Below, piece after piece: positions 59,811 through 64,000 of a stretch of 64,000 bases of DNA. How positions within the stretch are numbered: the stretch's first letter is position 1; each line of letters starts with the position of its first letter. The DNA comes from Candidatus Poribacteria bacterium (GTDB taxonomy: Bacteria > Poribacteria > WGA-4E > WGA-3G), in contig CBDBFU010000015.1 in the NCBI GenBank assembly GCA_965205025.1, positions 192,001 to 256,000 on the forward strand, read 5' to 3'. A program made the position numbers and the translations under genes. The notes below the pieces were generated by a model that worked only from the letters and a program-made list of their open reading frames with translations, made no database searches and was not told the origin of the DNA.

Positions 59811-61307
59811 TCAGTTTGTTGTAGGATATTCAGTAAGATGTGCCTGTGGTGTCCCATGCAGATAATCTCCATCACATGCATTGAATAACCAACCACTCAA
59901 CCGTTCTACAAGATCAGGATAGTCTGATGACAGATCATGTTCCTCCCGATAATCTTCCTTGAGATTATATAACTGGAAGTTTTTGTTCTTGTTAATATAT
60001 CGACATTTCCATCCATCAGATGTTACCAAGGCAGGACCGAGTCGAGAAGCATAGACAACCCATTCCCTACTTTGTTGGTCTGTCCGTTCATACAGCGTCG
60101 GTAAGAATGAGACACCATCCTTTCCATTTGGTGAATTCACATTAATTAGGTCAGCAAGGGTTGGCATGACATCGTAGTTTGTTATCATCTGATTAGATTC
60201 TGTATCTTCTGGAACGTATCCCGGATATCGTACAATGTATGGAATACGTGTCCCACCTTCCCAACTTGAGAATTTCAGACCACCCATACCATCATTTCCG
60301 TTGAACACATCACCACCTGTCTCTGAGTAGAATTTAGTTGTAATTTCATCGAATTGTTCGTTATCCAAGTTCTTATTTCGTCCAGTAGTTCGTCCTTCCT
60401 GTTTAGCATATACTTCATGTCCATTATCTGAACAGAAGATAATCATAGTGCGTTCATCAATCCCAAGTCGTTCAAGTTCATCCAAGATAATACCTACGGT
60501 TTCATCCAGTTTCAATATCATAGATGCGTATTCTTTTTCATAGGTTGTCAATTCTGATGATTGTTTAACTGCAGGATGTATTTCAGGTATTGCAATTGGT
60601 CCGTGTGGTAGTTGGGAAGGATGATAGAGAAAGAAGGGTTTATCCTTGTTTTTTCGCAGGAATTGAATAATCTTTTCGTTGAAAATATCCTGAGAGTATA
60701 CTGCTTTGCCTTCTTGATTTCTTCGTTGTTCTAAATTTTCTTCGGATTCTATATTTTGGTGTTTTCCACAGTCTGGATGTGTGTTTCCTTTAATCTCTGT
60801 AATATCCCCATTATCAAACAAGAAGGGAGGATAAAATCCGTGACACCGTTGATGGTCATAGTATCCGTAGTGATACTGCCACCCATGTCTTCGTATACGA
60901 TCTCCTGTAGTTGCAAACCCCCATTCCAGTTTTCCAATCTGTCCTGTCGTATATCCTGCTTCCTCAGGTATTTGTGCTAAGAAGACATCATCAGAAGTGG
61001 CTTGAAGTCCAGTTGTATGGATGAGTTCGGTAATCTCACTATATTCCATTTCACCTGAACTGATATTATTATATATTCCACCTTTTGTATATGTCCATGT
61101 ACCTTGATGGCAATCGTGTAGGCCTGTTAGCATACTTGCCCGGGATGGAGCACAAAAAGCACATCCGTATGCATGGTTAAATCGCATACCTTCATTGGCA
61201 AGACGGTCAATACTTGGTGTCTCAAAGTGCCGTTGTCCATAGCAACTTAGCATACCACGACCAAGATCGTCTGCATAAATGAAAATGATATTTGGATTAT
61301 TGGTCAT
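59811..61307 (-). CDS. Arylsulfatase (Cys-type)
   Basis: PNIIFIYADDLG, CAPSRASMLTG (CxPxR), SDNG, WEGGTRIP. Confidence 0.9.
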   Translation of the reverse strand: MTNNPNIIFIYADDLGRGMLSCYGQRHFETPSIDRLANEGMRFNHAYGCAFCAPSRASMLTGLHDCHQGTWTYTKGGIYNNISSGEMEYSEITELIHTTGLQATSDDVFLAQIPEEAGYTTGQIGKLEWGFATTGDRIRRHGWQYHYGYYDHQRCHGFYPPFLFDNGDITEIKGNTHPDCGKHQNIESEENLEQRRNQEGKAVYSQDIFNEKIIQFLRKNKDKPFFLYHPSQLPHGPIAIPEIHPAVKQSSELTTYEKEYASMILKLDETVGIILDELERLGIDERTMIIFCSDNGHEVYAKQEGRTTGRNKNLDNEQFDEITTKFYSETGGDVFNGNDGMGGLKFSSWEGGTRIPYIVRYPGYVPEDTESNQMITNYDVMPTLADLINVNSPNGKDGVSFLPTLYERTDQQSREWVVYASRLGPALVTSDGWKCRYINKNKNFQLYNLKEDYREEHDLSSDYPDLVERLSGWLFNACDGDYLHGTPQAHLTEYPTTN

Positions 61308-61391
61308 AACAAAGAAACCTTATGAATAAGAATTGTCCAAACTATAGTTATTTATGAAAAGCGCGATTAAATTGTTGTTTAATTAAAATCC

Positions 61392-62846
61392 CTATAATTT
61401 ATAGATACATTTAGGTGATTTGTCTTGTTGAAAAGCACGTTGTCGATATAAATGTTCAAACAAATTCCCTTCGTGAGGACTATCCCATGAAATCTGATTT
61501 GTTGGAATTGGACCTATATTCAATCTGTCAATTAATGGTGTCTCTAACAGTTCTTGTGTTAGTTTTGAATCATCAGTAATTACTGTTGCTACCAACGTTT
61601 CAGCAATTGAATCCACAAGTTGTGATGGTGAAACTTCAGTTACACTAACAAATGGGAATGGAAATTCAATATTTGCTAATGGATGTTCAGAATCTTCACA
61701 CCATATAACAGTTGGTCTGAGGAAAGTACATCCATCTAATTCAACAACCCGATCACCGGAAGTTAACTCTATCGCGCCGGGTTGTTTTAGATGTCGGTCA
61801 ATAAGTGATGAAATACCGTGTGCAGCTTTTGGGTTTGCCCATGCAGCAATACCCGCTTCAGGATGATCGAGTGGTTTCGGTTGCATTTGAGATAGCCGTT
61901 CTGTAATGGCTTCAGCGGTATTTCTACCCTGTGCTGTTACCCATACACCAGATGCATTAATGCAGGATCTGCCACCGTTTTTAGATACCGATTCAACAAT
62001 GAGATCAAGATAGTCTTCCATTTCTGACTTTATATCTTGATGAATGACAATTTTACTTCTTCCAGGTCCATGTATTTCGACACGAGGATCATTTACCCAA
62101 GGTGCAACAGTAGACCCACCGCCAAATAACATTGCCCTACCACATCTAACAAGGATTTCATTTGCCCCAGAATAATCTGTTGGATAAAAGCTAAATGCTT
62201 CCATAGGTGCACCAGCTTCTATAAAGGCTTGTGCAATACGATACGGTGTCCATGGTTCTTCACGGCCAGGTTTCAATACAAGTGGAACTTTCAACACAAA
62301 AGCAGGAATCCAGAGTGAATGGACACCTGGTGAATTGCTGGGTAAAATTGCTCCAAGGGAGTTTGTCTCACACACATAACTAAGGATTCGTCCATTTTGT
62401 TCTCCCCAACCATCATCAAGTATTTCCTGATTTAATCCGCGAGTTAATCCATCAAATACTTCATCTATGTTTTCTAAGACACCGCGAATTTTCTCCATAT
62501 TCTGTTGACAAAGTGCCTCTGGCATACCCGTTGTTCCCGATACCTGTTTGATATAACCATCAGGGGATTGAGTATTATCATCAAGTGGTAAATTGGAGGA
62601 TGTGAAATGACGTGCAGCGTCTTTGCAGATAGACACCAATTCCTTCACAGAATATTGTTTTAGGGTTTGCTGATGAATGGGTATATCGATTAAATCCTTC
62701 GCGATTAGACCGCGATTCGCTTGACTAACATCAACTAACGGTTCGCCAGTTTTGATATGAGAAACCGTTACCATATTTAGACTTCTGTATGTCCGTCCTG
62801 CGCGTAATATTGGGATATGTTGCATCGATTTGGACTCCAGGTTCAA
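61392..62846 (-). CDS. Aldehyde dehydrogenase-fold protein, GriD/EhpG-like
   Basis: LPSNSPGVH, LKPGREEPWTP, HGPGRSK, GGRSCIN (catalytic Cys), EFPFP. Confidence 0.7.
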   Translation of the reverse strand: MNLESKSMQHIPILRAGRTYRSLNMVTVSHIKTGEPLVDVSQANRGLIAKDLIDIPIHQQTLKQYSVKELVSICKDAARHFTSSNLPLDDNTQSPDGYIKQVSGTTGMPEALCQQNMEKIRGVLENIDEVFDGLTRGLNQEILDDGWGEQNGRILSYVCETNSLGAILPSNSPGVHSLWIPAFVLKVPLVLKPGREEPWTPYRIAQAFIEAGAPMEAFSFYPTDYSGANEILVRCGRAMLFGGGSTVAPWVNDPRVEIHGPGRSKIVIHQDIKSEMEDYLDLIVESVSKNGGRSCINASGVWVTAQGRNTAEAITERLSQMQPKPLDHPEAGIAAWANPKAAHGISSLIDRHLKQPGAIELTSGDRVVELDGCTFLRPTVIWCEDSEHPLANIEFPFPFVSVTEVSPSQLVDSIAETLVATVITDDSKLTQELLETPLIDRLNIGPIPTNQISWDSPHEGNLFEHLYRQRAFQQDKSPKCIYKL

Positions 62847-62855
62847 AAAGAGTAT

Positions 62856-63560
62856 TTATGATTGACTTATCTGTGCAACCCATCCAGAGGATGCATCACA
62901 ATAGAGGAAATCTTCACCGTAAATAGATAGTCCGTGTGGTTCAGGATATTCTTCTGCCACCTCAATCTTATTAAGGATTTTCCCATCATTCAGATCAAGT
63001 TTGACGATTACCCGTTCAGAAGTATGGACAACCCAGAGTCCATCTTCTACGCGAACTGTTCCATGTGCTCTACCGTAAGGTAATGGTAAGGTGTGTTGAA
63101 TTGACCAGTCAGAAATTTTCACCTTATGGATTTCTTGGTTTTTTAGTGTTTGTACCCAGAGGTGTCCTTCATCGAAATTGTCATATTCGACTCCGTGTGT
63201 GCCACCCCCTTCTGGTACAGGAAAACGCTCCAATGTTTCACCCGTATTTGGATCTACTTGGAAAATCTCACCGTCCCCTGGTTTTGCATCAGTTTCTCGG
63301 ATTTCTCGCCACCGATCTCCTGAACCGTTGGCAGCTAACCAGAGTGTCCCATCACCATAAGCCATGCCGCTTGTATTTGAGGATTCGCTTGGAATATCTC
63401 TTATATGTTTTGGGACATGGTATTCGTGATCACATGTGATTTCTACTAACATGACTCTATCTGTGATTTGGTCGACTAACCATAAACCTTCAGTAGTGAC
63501 CTGTAACCCATTTGGTACAGCATAAGGTGAGCGAAAAACTTTCTCTATTTTTATTTCCAT
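62856..63560 (-). CDS. Beta-propeller protein of unknown function (glutamine cyclotransferase/YncE-like)
   Basis: RBS aagga, ATG at 63560; PNGL, SGMAYG..LW, HGVEY, PHGL repeats. Confidence 0.6.
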   Translation of the reverse strand: MEIKIEKVFRSPYAVPNGLQVTTEGLWLVDQITDRVMLVEITCDHEYHVPKHIRDIPSESSNTSGMAYGDGTLWLAANGSGDRWREIRETDAKPGDGEIFQVDPNTGETLERFPVPEGGGTHGVEYDNFDEGHLWVQTLKNQEIHKVKISDWSIQHTLPLPYGRAHGTVRVEDGLWVVHTSERVIVKLDLNDGKILNKIEVAEEYPEPHGLSIYGEDFLYCDASSGWVAQISQS

Positions 63561-63779
63561 GTTAAAATAATTCCTTTTCGTATAACTTCGGTATTCCTTC
63601 AAGGATAACGTCTCATCTAATAATGAGTAAATGAGAAATGGGTATGCCCGTATTATACTCCTTCCGACGCGAATCACCACCGAATCGTGTGTGGCATTTA
63701 TCAGGCTTGAGTTCTGTCTGAATCAGGGATTAGACAGATTACACATAGATTAAGGGCATATTTTAACAACTATCCATAG

Positions 63780-63851
63780 ACATTCCGTCCCTACGGGACT
63801 CGGTTAGTTAGATAATCCATTTTCTATAGACATTTCGTCCCTATGGGACTC
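63780..63851. repeat. REP doublet, same family as 27360-27433
   Basis: acattccgtccctacgggactc and acatttcgtccctatgggactc, 50-bp period. Confidence 0.65.
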
Positions 63852-63972
63852 AAACCAAAGAGTGATATTCAAAATTGATGTCCCTCCAAGCAATACCATT
63901 CTTTTCGATATGTGCAGTATATGTCTCATCATATACTGTATCTTCTATTTCAATAGTATGAATATTGTCCAT
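63850..63972 (-). pseudogene. Possible HicB-like antitoxin N-terminus truncated by a MITE end
   Basis: RBS aggag; MDNIHTIEIEDTVYDETYTAHIEKNGIAWR runs into gacatcaattttg (MITE end) and then stops. Confidence 0.4.
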
Positions 63973-64000
63973 AGTAATCTCCTGGGAACATGGATTTTAG

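Overview
AT-rich bacterial window, probably from a Candidatus Poribacteria-like genome. This is inferred from a LamG remnant ending in 'AVSPAGRLTTTWGSIK', a WD40 protein starting 'QWGLPEGAIRRIGKG', and many PhyH, sulfatase and TPR genes. Layout: (1) 0.6-19 kb is an accessory block made largely of paired paralogues: two ~580-aa Rieske-fusion proteins, two ankyrin proteins, two stand-alone PolX-N-terminal (HhH) proteins, two trypsin-TPR lipoproteins, three intact plus two decayed MORN/Zn-ribbon genes, and several MITE-like elements. (2) 19-37 kb holds metabolic and transport genes (SHMT-like, enolase, PhyH, ECF sigma, GT4, SSS, TAXI-TRAP permease, cydAB). (3) 37-43 kb is housekeeping (ffh-rpsP-khpA-trmD-rplS-rnhB-yraN, without rimM), with a cluster of +1 frameshifts that look like sequencing errors. 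(4) 43-52 kb has UbiA, a Thr-type sulfatase-like protein, a GlcE-like oxidase, a PorX-like protein, DsbD and two tRNAs. (5) 52-63 kb is a co-oriented cluster of TAXI receptor, flavin-dependent halogenase, PaaK-like adenylating ligase, HemN-like radical SAM, PQQ-type propeller, Fe-ADH, sulfatase and GriD-like ALDH. The best candidates for an undescribed system are the halogenase/radical-SAM cluster (apparently split from a GT4/SSS/TRAP half ~19 kb away) and the paired Rieske-ankyrin-HhH-MORN locus. All family assignments come from motifs read by eye; no database searches were run.
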